From the NCBI GenBank assembly GCA_951406725.2, contig OX597823.1, forward strand, positions 88,846,001-88,910,000: a stretch of 64,000 nt of DNA. Direction: 5' to 3'. Below the pieces are notes generated by a model. That model was not told the origin of the DNA, did no database searches, and was given only the letters and a program-made list of their open reading frames with translations. Each line of letters starts with the position of its first letter. Position 1 is the stretch's first letter. The stretch comes from Octopus vulgaris. Taxonomy: Eukaryota. The position numbers and the translations under genes were made by a program. This document shows positions 14,523 to 27,540 of this stretch, one piece after another.

Positions 14523-14737
14523 TATATACATATATATATATATATACACATATATATATATATATGTATGTATATATATATACATATGTATATATATATA
14601 TATGTGTGTATGTATGTATGTATGTATGTATGTATACGCTCTAGGAAAACTTTAAAAGAGTGGTATAACTGAATTGCTGTGGTCTTTGCTTTTAAGCGAG
14701 TGCGCAGTCAGGATCCTTTCACAGAATATGAACTATA

Positions 14738-14875
14738 AATTCCGCAGAGGTCGACTTTGCCTTTCATCCTTTCAGGGTCGATAAATTAAGTACCAGTAGC
14801 ATACTGGGGTCGATCTAATCGACTGCCCTCCCCTTCCCCCAAAATTTAGGGCCGTATGCCTAGAATAGGAAAGGA
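14738..14875 (+). mobile_element. 5'-truncated Meta-like SINE
   Basis: aaattccgc.gaggtcgactttgcctttcatcctttc.gggtcgataaattaagtaccag. Confidence 0.8.
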
Positions 14876-15361
14876 ATATAAACTATCAAATCCTTGCATG
14901 ATAAACCGACACCCATCTGATTCGGCCACTGAACCGCCCACTTGCTTTTCATTTACAGGAATATTATCTCTACTAATACAGCCTCCGCCTAATAATATGT
15001 GTCCATATTGAACTAAGTATATGTGTCTATCTGCAATTAGGAACGTGTGTATGTGAGTATGAATACGTCTTTCTCTACTGACAGAATTCTGCCTTGATAT
15101 TAGTAACTGGGATTAAATATAGTATTAACGCACCTGTTATGCAATAAAAGTGTGTTCCAACACATTTATAAGGATTTAAGATTTTGCCAGTCTCTCTCTC
15201 TGGAATTAATAACGTTGCTACTGGTTGTAGCTAGTTATCGTAGTATTACACTAAGTAATGTAAGTGGTTTTGACAGTTTTATTTTCCCGGTCTCTCTTAC
15301 AAAGAGCCGCGTAAATAATTTTATTATATGGACTCACATCTCATTGTCTGCGAAAATATTT

Positions 15362-15602
15362 ACTCTTTTACTCTTTTACTCTTTTACTTGTTTCAGTCAT
15401 TTGACTGTGGCCATGCTGGAGCACCGCCTTTAGTCGATCAAATCGACCCCAGGACATATTCTTGTAAGCCTAGTACTTATTTTATCGGTCTTGTTTTTGC
15501 CGAACCGCTAGGTTACGGGGACGTAAACACACCAGCATCGTTTGTCAAGCGATGTTCGGAGGACAAATACAGACACACAAACACGCACATACATATATAT
15601 AT

Positions 15603-15645
<43 letters not shown>

Positions 15646-15985
15646 TACGACGGGCTTCTTTCAGTTTCCGTCTACCAAATCCACTCACAAGTTTTGGTCG
15701 GCCCGAGGCTATAGTAGAAGACACTTACCCAAGGTGCCACGCAGTGTGACTGAACCTGGAACAATGTGGTTCGTAAGCAAGCTATTTACCACACAGCCAC
15801 TCCTACGCATGTACATATATACGACGGGCTTCTTTCAGTTTCCGTCTACCAAATCCACTCACAAGGCTTTGGTCGGCCCGAGGCTATAGTAGAAGACACT
15901 TACCCAAGGTGCCACGCAGTAGGACTGAACCCGGAACAATGTGGTTCGTAAGCAAGCTATTTACCACACAGCCACTCCTACGCAT
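15362..15985 (-). mobile_element. CORE-like tRNA SINE with internal microsatellite and tandemly duplicated head
   Basis: Minus-strand head gcgtaggagtggctgtgtggtaa...ggttcagtc, then ggcaccttgggtaagtgtctt (CORE-like); tail (agtaaaag)n. The ~175-bp head is present twice (about 15638-15810 and 15812-15985). Confidence 0.88.
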
Positions 15986-17149
15986 AGCTTTTATACGTAT
16001 ACATACATGAAAACGTACATACACAGATATATGCATAGAAGAAAGAGAGGGGGGGACATTACTGTTGTGGACATATTTAGCCCCTAGGGAACCCACAGAT
16101 CTTTAGGCCCAAAAATGGTAAGCAGTAGCAGTGGTTGTGGTGGTGGTGGTGGAATTGGTCTCCTCAGTTAGCTCACTAGTAGTCGTGTGGCTGAAGATAG
16201 TAATGAAGGAAGCGCCAGCCCGTGGCCTACTCATACCGTTGTTTTTTATATTTGTTTTTTTCTGACATAGCGTATTCAATATATCTTTCGTTCCTGCATT
16301 TAGTAGGATAGTATATAAAAGATATTTGATTGTTATATCTAGCAATTCATTTGGGTGAGAAAATATTACTTTGGTGAATAACAATTTATTACTGCTTTGT
16401 TCTTGATTAACCCCAGGTTAGCAAAGAGGGAGTAGGTCTATGGTCAAATGTGTAGCTTTATTTTATATATTTATTTATATATCTACTTTTGTATATCTGA
16501 TACTACTTAGTCAAGTGCATGTTTCGGAATTTGAGATGGTAGTGAATGATTTGACAGAAATGTGTCTGTTATTTCTAGCGGGGCGAGCGAAAGGTTTGAA
16601 ACTCTCTAGTTGCTTCACGGTAACTAGGAAAAGCAATTGCAATTTATTACAGGAGAATCTAATAAAATTAGAGAATGTCTAATTTCAGTAAATTAGAGAG
16701 AATACTGCCGTGAAATTATTAAAAGGGAATACGTTCTGAAAGAGAGAGAGAAAACGTCTTCATACAAATAACTTTAAGAAGAGAGTTGTGCGATGGTAAA
16801 TAGTGATTTACGAGGCAAAAACTGGAAAACGTAACGCTGCAAAATACCTCAGGGATACCCTACTGCATTAAGAACATTTAGCTAAATGCGAGTTAACACA
16901 ATCAATGTATTGTATTGAAAAGAATGTTTAATCAATTGGAATTATACTTCTAGTGCTAAAAGTCATTAACGTCGAGGAAAGTTCATCTCAGAAGAGGAAA
17001 CAAGAAACAAGTCTGATTTTCAAATTTACTGAAAATGGAATGAAGATATCTAGCGTTGATTAAATGTGATTTAATCTTTGTTAGTTTTGGTCATAAGGAG
17101 AGGCGTGTTTCTCACATACTAGTCCTCCTCACTGAAGCTTATCCCAAGC

Positions 17150-17545
17150 ATCTGTATGGGAGAATAGTAGCTTCTACTAGTGTGTATAGTACGGTAGAAG
17201 CGTCTGGCGCTACGTATGTCAGAGTAGTAGTGTGTAGTAATGTGAATAGGAGAGCAGCAGCATATGATGCTGTTTAGAAGGGAAGACAAACATGTAGCAC
17301 AGCGTATAGTATATTAGGGACAAACACTGTGTGTATGAGATTAGAAGTGACAGTACTGTGCATAGGACTGTGAAATATTCTAGTACTGCGTGTGGGTGTG
17401 TAGAAGAGTCAGCGCTGTGTATAAGAATGTAGAAGCGTCCTTACTGTGAATAGGACTGTAGAACCAGTACTGTGTGTAGGCGAATAGATACCATTATTGC
17501 TATGGTTAAAAGTAGCAAAGCGTGCAATTCTGAGTATAGGAAAAT
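17150..17545. repeat. degenerate ~30-bp minisatellite
   Basis: Recurring approximate unit actgtgtataggactgtagaagcgtctagt. Confidence 0.65.
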
Positions 17546-18539
17546 GCGTCATTGACAATTTAGGAGATATGGAGTTCTCTGATTAAATATAACGTATTTA
17601 CTGTCCTTCAGACTCAGGTCAGGTGTAACTAAGGAGATGTATGATACTAGGCGTATAACGTATGACAGGCCTTTCCGTTGAACTGCATACACAGAATTAC
17701 AATATGCAAAGACTCCCTACTTTTTAAGAGAGTGTTGGTGGTATTTTTAAAAGATTTCATGATCCTGAGAATAGTGCCACCCTGGGGACTAAATGTAGAA
17801 GTTGTGATCGAAGTTAATTACTTTACGTTTTAGTCTTAAATAGTAAAGAAAGTATAGGTGTTACAAGAAATATATCGTACACAACAGAGAGATGTATTGC
17901 TTGTGGTCTGCAGTGAAATCTTGAGTCATATTGGAAACTTTTATATGAGCAAATATTTAAGGGTAGTTGTAATCAAATATTTTATTGGTAAATCCTCCCG
18001 ATTTCGAATTGCTATAACGATACACCAGTATATTAGATCCATATTACATATTATATTATATACATACATACCCATACACAAACAAATAGAAAGATAGATT
18101 TACGCATGTGCATGTGTGTGCATATATATGTATGTATGTATGTATATGTACACTCACACAAAACACATACTTATTATCATCATTGGTTTTACTAGGGTTT
18201 TGTCCCTTTAATTGATTACTAACGTTTTGATTTAAGATTTCCGTTTCCATTTAAGATTTCCGTTTATATTGCTTCAAATTAATCTTGGTAGTTTTATGAC
18301 TACACCCACTATGGTTTCTGTCGACTCCCTCGGCCCCTTTCCTAACAGACACTGCTCCTTGTTCCTTCGCCTTATATTCTAATATACAAAGATTTGATAA
18401 ACAATTGTTTTCCACGCTTGCTGATCAATTGTTTTTGTCTCATTTTGTCTCAAAGTCGTAAGACGCCCCTTGCCATTCTTGTTTTTAATCGTTACTGTTT
18501 CCAATGTTGTCTTCGTTTCTTGTATTCATATTCGTCTTT

Positions 18540-18740
18540 GTTGCGTTTACATTCTTTCCTTCTACCAAGAAATCTAATGCCCACAGCTTAGTTTTTCCTT
18601 GGGGCTGGCCGAGTTGGAGCAAATCTCAGAATTAAACAGCCGAAATTTGCCACGATGATTCGGTTTCTGACTGAAGATTGAAGGCTTCGAATGTCTTGTC
18701 TGTTTTCCGTGTTCGTCACTTCGTGTATTTCACGTTCTTT
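18540..18740 (+). mobile_element. fragment of the repeat family also at 49805-50550 (opposite strand)
   Basis: ccaag.aatctaat...agcttagtt.ttccttg.g.ctggc...ttggagcaa...gccgaaatt matches the reverse complement of about 49910-50030. Confidence 0.65.
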
Positions 18741-19005
18741 ATATATAAAGTTTTAAGACTATAAATTACTCTACTCCTTAAATCTTATATATTTATATGT
18801 ATGTATGTGTGTGGGTGTGTTTGTGTATCTATATTGCTATACGTGGGAACGGTAATATTTGCCAAGTAAGCACACGCACTGTATATTTAGATTTAACTTC
18901 AGTTTTATAATATTAATTTTGATTTTTTAATATTTTACTTATTTTAGTTTCCCTATACATTTATTAGTACGGAGATGAGTGCTTGATATTGTATTTAATA
19001 TTTTA

Positions 19006-19044
<39 letters not shown>

Positions 19045-19369
19045 GCAAATTTGCATTTATGCATAGCTAAATACCCTTAAATACACACAGACAAACATAC
19101 ATACATATATTATATGCGCTTCTTCAGAGCAAAAATTAAATAGAATTGAAACCGAAATTAAACATAGAAGGATAAATCATAAAGAAATATGAAAATGAAT
19201 CTGTGAATATGCCATAAAATGGATGTCGTGTAGATAGAGCGCAGACTGGCCCGGGAGCCTGTGGAATAGGTAGTCAAGTGGATAGATACTCACATGAACG
19301 AGATGGAAATATGAAGTTTAAATCAAATGAGACAGCGTGTTACGGTTTTTAAGTACAACTGTAAACACA

Positions 19370-19402
19370 CACCACACACACATATATAGATGTATGTGTG
19401 TA

Positions 19403-19447
<45 letters not shown>

Positions 19448-19458
19448 ATATATATACA

Positions 19459-19515
<57 letters not shown>

Positions 19516-19545
19516 GTATATATATACATATATATACACATATAT

Positions 19546-19601
<56 letters not shown>

Positions 19602-19637
19602 CACATACATACATACATACATACATACATACATACA

Positions 19638-19672
<35 letters not shown>
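19370..19672. repeat. compound (TA)n/(TACA)n microsatellite
   Basis: Seen directly. Confidence 0.95.
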
Positions 19673-20118
19673 GTTTGTGTTTATAAATAAGGATGGATTT
19701 CTTTTTGTGAGTGCAAGTTGAATAAAGATACCTACCAGGCGTGTGGGAATAAACAGATGCAGATAACCAAAACTAATAAAATGACACACACCCCAGGAAA
19801 TACGTTAGATTACAAAGTAATGTAAATTCAAATGCATCCAATAGGATTACTGGATATATCAGTTTGTTTAAAACTTTTTAAGTGGTGGTGAGGAAGAGTA
19901 AGAGTTTCGTTCCTTCTTTTGATTATTTATTGAAGTAATCCTATATTGTAACTGCGTTAATTTGCGTATATAGTTTATATAATGAATTTTATAAATCAAG
20001 AATGATAGACAGTTGTTAATAAAAGAATCTTAACATAGACAATTTTGTGTAAAAAAAATTATCCTGTTTGTAAATTATCATTTTTTATCATTATTATCGA
20101 TATTATTATTATTATTAT

Positions 20119-20662
20119 TGAGTGAGAGAGCAGTGCATGCCATCAAAGTGATACTGGGGTAAAATATACGAAGCCCAATATACCCATCATGACTACCCGT
20201 CTGATAAAGGTACACCAGGCACATGCATCACAACAATATGTGCGCGACATGGTGATCTCATATCAAGATAAACAGCACATGACCTTGCAGGTGGGGGCCC
20301 AGTTAGAATTTTCTTCAGGTTGAGTAGCCCATCCCGCTCAAAAGGTCCCTGAATAAGGGTTGTTTAAGGATGTTGAAAGAACCACCCATGTTTCCAGAGG
20401 TGAATTATTCAAACCCCAAAGAATCCCTCTCAACACATGGCTATGATGCTCCCCCACTACTTCTGCTCGTGTTCAGAGATGCACATATCGTCAGCCACTA
20501 AGGGACATGCTCAACTGGTTAAGGTCAAACAACTGACTAGCAAATCTGTGGTATTGAGCAGATATTTGCTGTAGCCCATCTTTTATACCAAGACAAAACA
20601 ATGCACATGATAACACTTCCAATCAGTTAAGATCAGAAGCCATGAGAGCCACTGCCTGGTAC

Positions 20663-20663
<1 letters not shown>
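20119..20663 (-). mobile_element. probable 5' region of a Dong/R4-like element, flanked by (TAA)n
   Basis: About 20373-20663 is repeated at 21133-21424, where it is fused to an RLE-type ORF end; TAA repeats on both sides. Orientation inferred from that fusion. Confidence 0.65.
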
Positions 20664-20741
<78 letters not shown>

Positions 20742-20749
20742 CATTATCA

Positions 20750-21440
20750 TTACTTTTTTTTTTCTTCTTTCAAATTTTCTTCCATTTTTGCCGAGTGTCT
20801 TCCCGACTCCTAGGGCAAAGAAACTCATAGTGTATATTGGTAGGCCATTAAACCAAACTCAGTAGTTCGTTCATTTTTTTTTTTAAAGTTAAATTAAAAT
20901 ACATGAGCAGCAACAGTTCTCACATCGACAATGCTCTTCTCAATACGTGTGATGTACCAGTTAAGACAATCTTTTGCACTTCTTGCAGGGATGGTAAACT
21001 AGGGATCATTCTCATATAATTTTCGGTTCCCTTCTTGATCATTCCTAGTGCTCCTACGATCACTGGTATTGTAACCGCCTTGAGATGCCACATTTTCTCA
21101 ATTTCAATGAGTAGGTCTTTATACATCATCTACTGAACGAAACAACCATGTTTCCAGAGATGAATTATCCAAGCCCCAAAGAATTCCTCTCAACACATGG
21201 CTATGATGCTCCCCCAATATTTCTGCTCGTGATCAGGGATGCACATAACGTCAGCCACTAAGGGACATGCTCAACTGGTTAAAGTCAAACAACTGACAAG
21301 CAAAACTGTGGTATTGAGCTGAATATTTGCTGTAGCCCATCTTTTATACCAAGACAAAGCAATATACACGATAACAATTCCAATCAGTTAAGATCAGAAG
21401 CCATGAGAGCCACTGCCTGGTACTACATCAGGGCATTTAT
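20750..21440 (-). mobile_element. internally deleted Dong/R4-like non-LTR element
   Basis: ORF 20920..21129 YKDLLIEIEKMWHLKAVTIPVIVGALG...QKIVLTGTSHVLRR is a restriction-like endonuclease C-terminus joined directly to the putative 5' segment; (TAA)n flanks. Confidence 0.8.
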
Positions 21441-21448
21441 TATTATTA

Positions 21449-21509
<61 letters not shown>

Positions 21510-21514
21510 TAATA

Positions 21515-23636
21515 TTTTTATTCATTTCTATTTTTACAACGTGCTTTTACTGCACTACTGAGCACAGCTCAGTGTGCCTTGGGTATGCGCTGGATTTTGT
21601 TGTGATGTTCTTATTTTTACTGTATTGAGAGTGTTCTGCGTAGGATGTGTGCAGTGCCTAGTAGTGCTATTTTCTGTATGTTATATATATTTGCTAGTCG
21701 TGATGTTTTTGTTATGCATGTATCTGATATTTTTTTACCTTACCTAATGCACCCACTATGATAAGAATTGTTTCTGTTTCCAAACCCCACATTCGAGTCA
21801 CCTCTATTTTCAGGTCTTTGTATTTTGAAAGTGTCTCTATTTCTTTTAGAAAGACGTTGTCATCTGCTGGTATTGATACATCAATTAGAAAGAATTTTTT
21901 CTTCTTCATGATCTCTTACAACTGTATATGGCCTATTGGCTTTAATTTCTCTGTCTGTGTGTACTGGCATATCCCATAGTATTGTTGCTTTCTAATTTTT
22001 CTCTGACCTTCTCACGCGTGTGCCTATACCATCTTTTTTCTGTTGTTATTCCATAATGTTGGCATAGCTTCCAGTGTATGTAGTCCCAACTCTATCGTGT
22101 CTGTGAATAAACTCCTTAGCCAGGACTGGTCAGCCAAAGACAATATCATTTATTGTTTCTCGTACCTCTCCACGTATTCTGCAGTTACTTGTTATGTTTC
22201 TTTTCATTAGAGGTTTTTTGTGATTTCTGTTTGGGTGGCTTTGGACTTGTGCTGCAATTAAAATTCCGTCAGTTTCTGCTTTGGGTCCAGAGCTTCTCGG
22301 CCATTTTGGGGATTTTGCTTTGTCTATTTGTTTTGTGTTTAGCTTAACCCAATATTTGCCGTGTAGAGGCTTTTCTTGCCATCGTTTTATCAGGATATGT
22401 TGCTCTCCCAGTTTTAGTTTGCATTATAGTTGTTTTACAGCTTTTTGATGCTTCTTTTTCTTCATAGTTGTTAGGTAGCATGACTTCGTTTTTTGTATTT
22501 GTCAGCTTACTTAAAGAGAGAAAACAGCTTTTATTTTGTTCGTGTAGTATGGCTATCCGTATTAGTTTTCTTTGCTTCTGACATAGGTATTTATGTAGTC
22601 TATGGTGGTTATTTTGTAATGGTTTTCTAGCTGTGTAAGGCCTCTACCACCTTCGATATATGTTGTATATATAATCTTTCTATGTCAGATTTTGGGTGGT
22701 GCAACCTAAATCCTATCATTAGTTTTCTTATTTTCCTGTCTATTGTGATTAGTTCATTTAGAGTCTAATTAAGAATATTGTAGCTGTAACTTATAAGTAA
22801 GACGGCTAGAGTGTTGATACCTATTATCTTGTTCTTCGCATTGAGCTCTGTTTTCAGTATGAATCTAACTCATCTATAGTATTATTTTTTTATTTTCTCT
22901 TTTATTTGTGTGTGTTGTACCGTATCTAGTTCACTGATTCATAAACATTTGTATGCCTGGCTTTGGTCTAATTCTCTTATTTCATTTGCTTTATCTAGTG
23001 TGATGTTGCTACTCTTAACTAGTTTTCCTTTATTCAAGGTTGCTTTGGAACATTTTCCTGAGCCAAAGTTCATATTTATTTCTTTGGTAAATCCATGTAC
23101 TGACAGTACTAATGTTTCCAGCTGTTTATCGTTTGTAGCGTACAGTTTTAGGGCATCCATATATAAGAGAGGTGGCTTTTTTCCGTAGTATTTGTATCCA
23201 CATCTAGTTCTGTTTAGCATGTCAGATAAAGGTGTCAGTGCCAAGCAGAAACGAGTCCTTCTTTTGTTTGCAGCTGTAGCACTATCTGCCATTTATTTAT
23301 GGAATGTGTTATATATTTTATGATTACTGGTGCTACCTTGTTCGTGGCTTGTGTTTTCAGGATCCATGAGTGGGGAATACAATCAATAGCCTTTCGGGAA
23401 TCGATCCAGACCATCCTTAGGCCATTCTACTTTCTGCGGCTGTCTTCAGTTATGGCTTTATTGATCATTAGTTGATTTTTACAGCCGTATGAGCCCTTGC
23501 AGCATCCCTTCTGCTCTTCTAGAAACAGGTTGTTTTCTTCCAGATGCTTGTCCATTCTCTGCGATATTATTGCAGTAAAGCTTTGTAAATTGTATGGAGA
23601 CAAGTTATTGGTCTGTAATTTTGTGCGGTTGCCGTT
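21515..23636 (-). mobile_element. degenerate Dong/R4-clade LINE (RT + restriction-like endonuclease)
   Basis: FCLALTPLS..LLYMDALKLYA..MNFGSGKC (RT) and LIDVSIP..KYKDL..MWG..IIVGALG (RLE); many stops; 3' end next to (TAA)n. Confidence 0.88.
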
Positions 23637-23649
23637 TCAGGGATTTGTG

Positions 23650-23860
23650 TGCGCGCATGTGCGTGTGTCTTTGTCCCTTGCCTCTGCTCTGACACGTGGC
23701 GTTGGTTTCTTTACTTTCCTGTAATCTGCCTTTCTGCAGAAAAGACTGATAGAATAAGTACAAGACATAAAAAGTTAATTACCGAGGTCGATTATTTGTA
23801 CTAAATCCTTCAATCCTGTGTTCCAGCATGAATGCTGTACAATGACTGAAACATCACTGA
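23650..23860 (+). mobile_element. 3' half of CORE-like SINE
   Basis: gatagaataagtac...gtcgatt...ccagcatg...caatgactgaaaca. Confidence 0.6.
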
Positions 23861-25654
23861 AGATTAAAAAAAAAGAATATCCATTGAGTGTATACTCTCT
23901 CTTTCATTTATGTACAATATAAATTTTGTTTCATTTGGCCTTTACTGCTCAACATAAATGTTATCAGACAGGACTCTATCGACTAACTTAAGGGATTTTC
24001 TATTTGTTGGTTTATCAGAGTATAGACTAATTGAGTTAGATTATTTATAACTTCAAATTTTTTACGTGTCCTTTGAGATTGAAGTTGGTATCTGATGTAC
24101 TTTTTTAATGCCCGTTTATTTAGATTTATACTGATGTATTTTTTATATAAATTTTCTTTTATTGTTTTAATTTGCTTTCATTTATAAATTATTCCGTTAG
24201 ATTTACAACAACGTTGTGTTACGTTGTCAATAAGATTGTCTTGTTTTATAATAGCTGATAGCTGTATAAAAAGAAACTTGTTTAAATGTCATGAAGTATC
24301 ATATTTGATTTGGCAGGCAATTCTGTTTATTTTGCTAATGTATAAATTGTTTTAAACCTATCAATATACAATATGTTATATACGTCTATATACTTCACAT
24401 TGTCTATATCTGACAAGAAAATACAATTATGTATGGAACCTAACGTCTGTAGAACTGTAGGAATTATAGATCAGTAGATGATGTATGTAACAGTTCCAGC
24501 TCTATCTATGTGCTCCATTCCTTCTTATGGTGCCGATGAAAATATAAGCAGTAATGTAAGATGATTCACTGATATCGTTGAAAGTTTTTCTTTATAAAAA
24601 ATATTTGATCGTATGTAAAAATAAATCTATAATTGGCAAGAACAAGATTTGTTTGTTGGAGGGAAATCAACTTGCCACATGATTCTTGTGTGCTCTTTCC
24701 AATGTTCGACAATGGTTCACAATAAGGCTATTAAGTCCAAAGCAGAATATTTCATAGTTAAAGAAATTTATGGCACTGTATTGCAACCAAATGCGGATCT
24801 ATAAGAATTCTATGATTGTGGAGATATCATAGGCAAAACTTAGGGTTGCTTGCCCAGAAAATTTCAATCGTCTTCCATATAGTTCTTTGAATTTGTTTTT
24901 TTCTTTCTCTGGGGTCGATAAAATAACTATCAATTAAGTACTGGATCATATTTAATTGGACTTTAGCCGATTAAATGTGTGTCAATGTGTGTCTGTATTA
25001 GCAATTAATTTAATCTTTAACAAGTCACACTGCACGCATCTCCATTTCCATACCGCTAAAGAAGGATAGCATTGGAGTATACTTCTCGAATTGGCACTAA
25101 CCTATGATAGGTAAATTCCTCTATAATTAGCTGGAGGGTCAAAGATGTACGATACAACAATTCTAAAATGTTAACCTGTCTTTATTTGCATATATAATTT
25201 ATGGCCTGAAATGAGGCACTCAGAAATCTGGATGGTTTTTGCAGCTGGTCAGTCTTTCAATAATAAATGATTCTTGGCTTTTAGAAATGGCAAACGCAGC
25301 CGTTCACTTCTGAAAAGATTGTCTGGATTTCTTTTCATCATTGTCTTGTGAGAGTGTGTGCGTGCATGTGTGTGTGTGGGAATGGCCAGATGGATTTGTC
25401 ATTTCTAAAAGCCAATCATCATTTACTATTGAAAGACAGACCAGCTGCGAATATTGTCAACACATGCTTTCTTCTGTCTCTCCTCCTTCTTCCTTTCCTT
25501 CTATTTCCACTAACACACCTTTCAGATACAAAAGCGCGCGCGCACTATCTCTCACTTTCTTCCCATTACTCACCCTCTTGTACTATCTTTTATCTCTCTT
25601 GTACTATCTTACAACCCTAACCCTACACATTCTATAATACTATAAAAAGAGACA

Positions 25655-25700
25655 AAATTCCTGATGACTCCACTAGAGTGGACGCAAGCGCTAATAAATG
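25655..25700 (+). ncRNA. degenerate minimal hammerhead
   Basis: CTGATGA-cTCCAC taga GTGGAc-GCAA-GCGC-TA: stem II and palindromic stem III are kept, GAAA is mutated to GCAA, stem I is lost; about 120 bp upstream of a TA tract. Confidence 0.55.
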
Positions 25701-25814
25701 ATTTATAAAAGCGCGTGACATATTAATAAATATCTGTAAATATAAACCATCCAGATTTATGAGTACCTCATTTCTTTTAGTACATAATACTTGTACATCA
25801 ACTCCAAACCTTCT

Positions 25815-25875
<61 letters not shown>

Positions 25876-25878
<3 letters not shown>

Positions 25879-26542
25879 ATTGATCACCTTGATCACCTTG
25901 ACCGACCAGTCCGTCAGGCGTCCATTTGACACCGCTGGTCACAGCACGCTGTCCACTCGTCTCTGGATCGCGCCTTTCTCATCCACGTGATCCCTATCGT
26001 CCTCCTGAAATCGTGGTGGAGGCCTTCCGGGTGGTTGTTTCATCTCGCGCGGGTATCGGTGAGCCGGGCGACGTGTCCAGCTCATCTAAACTTGCTGCGT
26101 GTATACTCTGCGATGAAATCCCTCGCGCCGGACTTCTTCCTGATGATCTCGCTACTGATGTGCTCTCTCAACGAGATACCAAGCATTGACCTTTCCATGG
26201 CTCTTCGAGCCGTTACCAGTCTCTGCTCTTCTCTCTTTGTGGTAGCCTATGTTTCACTACCATATAACATTGCAGGTAGAACTGTGCTGTTGATGAGGTT
26301 GGCGCGAGTGGTCCAGTCCAACCTTCCCTTGAGCACATCCCTTATGCCATTAAACGCCTTTCATCCGGCCCTTACTCTGCGTGAGATCTCCTTTTCGATA
26401 TCTCTGCAGTCGGTCTCAAGATGAACCGCATGAAAACGAAGTTCATGCGGTCAGACAACGTACCAACAGGTCGAATGGTGATCGGCAGTGATGAAATAGA
26501 GGAGATAAAGGAGTATGTCTACCTGGGACAGGCAGTGAATAT
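25876..26542 (-). mobile_element. 5'-truncated RTE-clade LINE with 5' inversion
   Basis: Minus 26408-25876: RDIEKEISRRVRAG..., WAGHVARL-like, 3' (CAAGGTGAT)n tail. Plus 26409-26540: VGLKMNRMKTKFM..EYVYLGQAVN, the segment expected immediately upstream. Confidence 0.88.
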
Positions 26543-26565
26543 ATATATATATATATAATTATATA

Positions 26566-26620
<55 letters not shown>

Positions 26621-26759
26621 TATATATATATACTTATAAGGAAAATAAGACAAGGGAGAAATGTTAAAATAATTTCATCATGAAGAACATTTTTGTACCA
26701 GTGTCAGCCTTTGCGACATTTTCAAAAACAACTTTTAAAATCATATATATATATATATA

Positions 26760-26915
26760 TGGGGAGAATTCACAAAAAAAAAACGAAAGACGAAGACATA
26801 TGGTGTGGTCAACTAAGAGATGTACTAGTATAACGCTCGGGAATTGAAAAAGTTTTTCACGTTTCGAGCCTACGCTCTTCCAAAGAAAGAAACACAGAAA
26901 GAAACAAAGAGAGAA
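26760..26915 (-). mobile_element. solo pseudo-LTR fragment of the Penelope family at 39.8-41.7 kb, with HHR-like hairpin
   Basis: Matches 39820-39907 directly and 41690-41740 inverted (gaagagcgtaggctcgaaa). Confidence 0.7.
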
Positions 26916-26989
26916 TATATATATACATACATATATATATATATATTCATATCTATATGTATGTGTGTGTATGTGTGTGTGTGTGCACG

Positions 26990-27192
26990 CGAGCGGGTGT
27001 CGGTTTCTCCCCACCAGCATTTGATAAGCGGTGTTGGTGAGTTTACGCCACCGTAACCTAACGGATTAGCCTAATAGACAGAATAAATACCAGGCTTCAA
27101 TAAATAAGTTCTAGAGTAGATTCATTCTGCTAAAAACTCTTCATGGTGGTGCCAGAGCATGACTGCAGTCTAATGACTTCAACAAGTAAATG
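26990..27192 (+). mobile_element. 3' half of CORE-like SINE
   Basis: cggtgttggtgagtttacg..ccgtaaccta...gcagtctaatgact..aacaagtaaa. Confidence 0.65.
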
Positions 27193-27284
27193 ATATACAA
27201 ATAACTGATTTCTTATGGTACTAGTGCAAACATGTTTATTGGTACAACTACCTTTACAGAAGCATCGATGACAATTCCAAACCA

Positions 27285-27540
27285 GCAAAAACTGGCAGAT
27301 ATATGAAGCATTGCAGTCATATCAAAAATGAAACCAACAAACCGCGTTAAACGCCTGATCCTGATTTGCAACGCACGACGAGAAGCGAAAGGATGGACGA
27401 CATAAAAATAACTGAAAGCCGGATTCTGAGGCAGAGCTGAAAAAGCAGGGATCCAATTGGGGAGATTTTAGAGCCGTGAACAGTGTAGAGAAGTCCTCAA
27501 AGTCTTATGCTTCATAGGAAGCGAAGTGAGTATAAAGTAT
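27285..27540 (+). pseudogene. very degenerate RTE-like 3' end
   Basis: Weak residual similarity to RTE C-termini (W..H.L, KR..GR, LEAELKK-like words). Confidence 0.3.

Noticed and set aside
18665-18700. CTGAAGA..GAAT in the unclassified repeat (CTGAGGA..GAAT in the 49.9-kb copy)
   Set aside because: GAAA is absent in both copies and the stems are not convincing.
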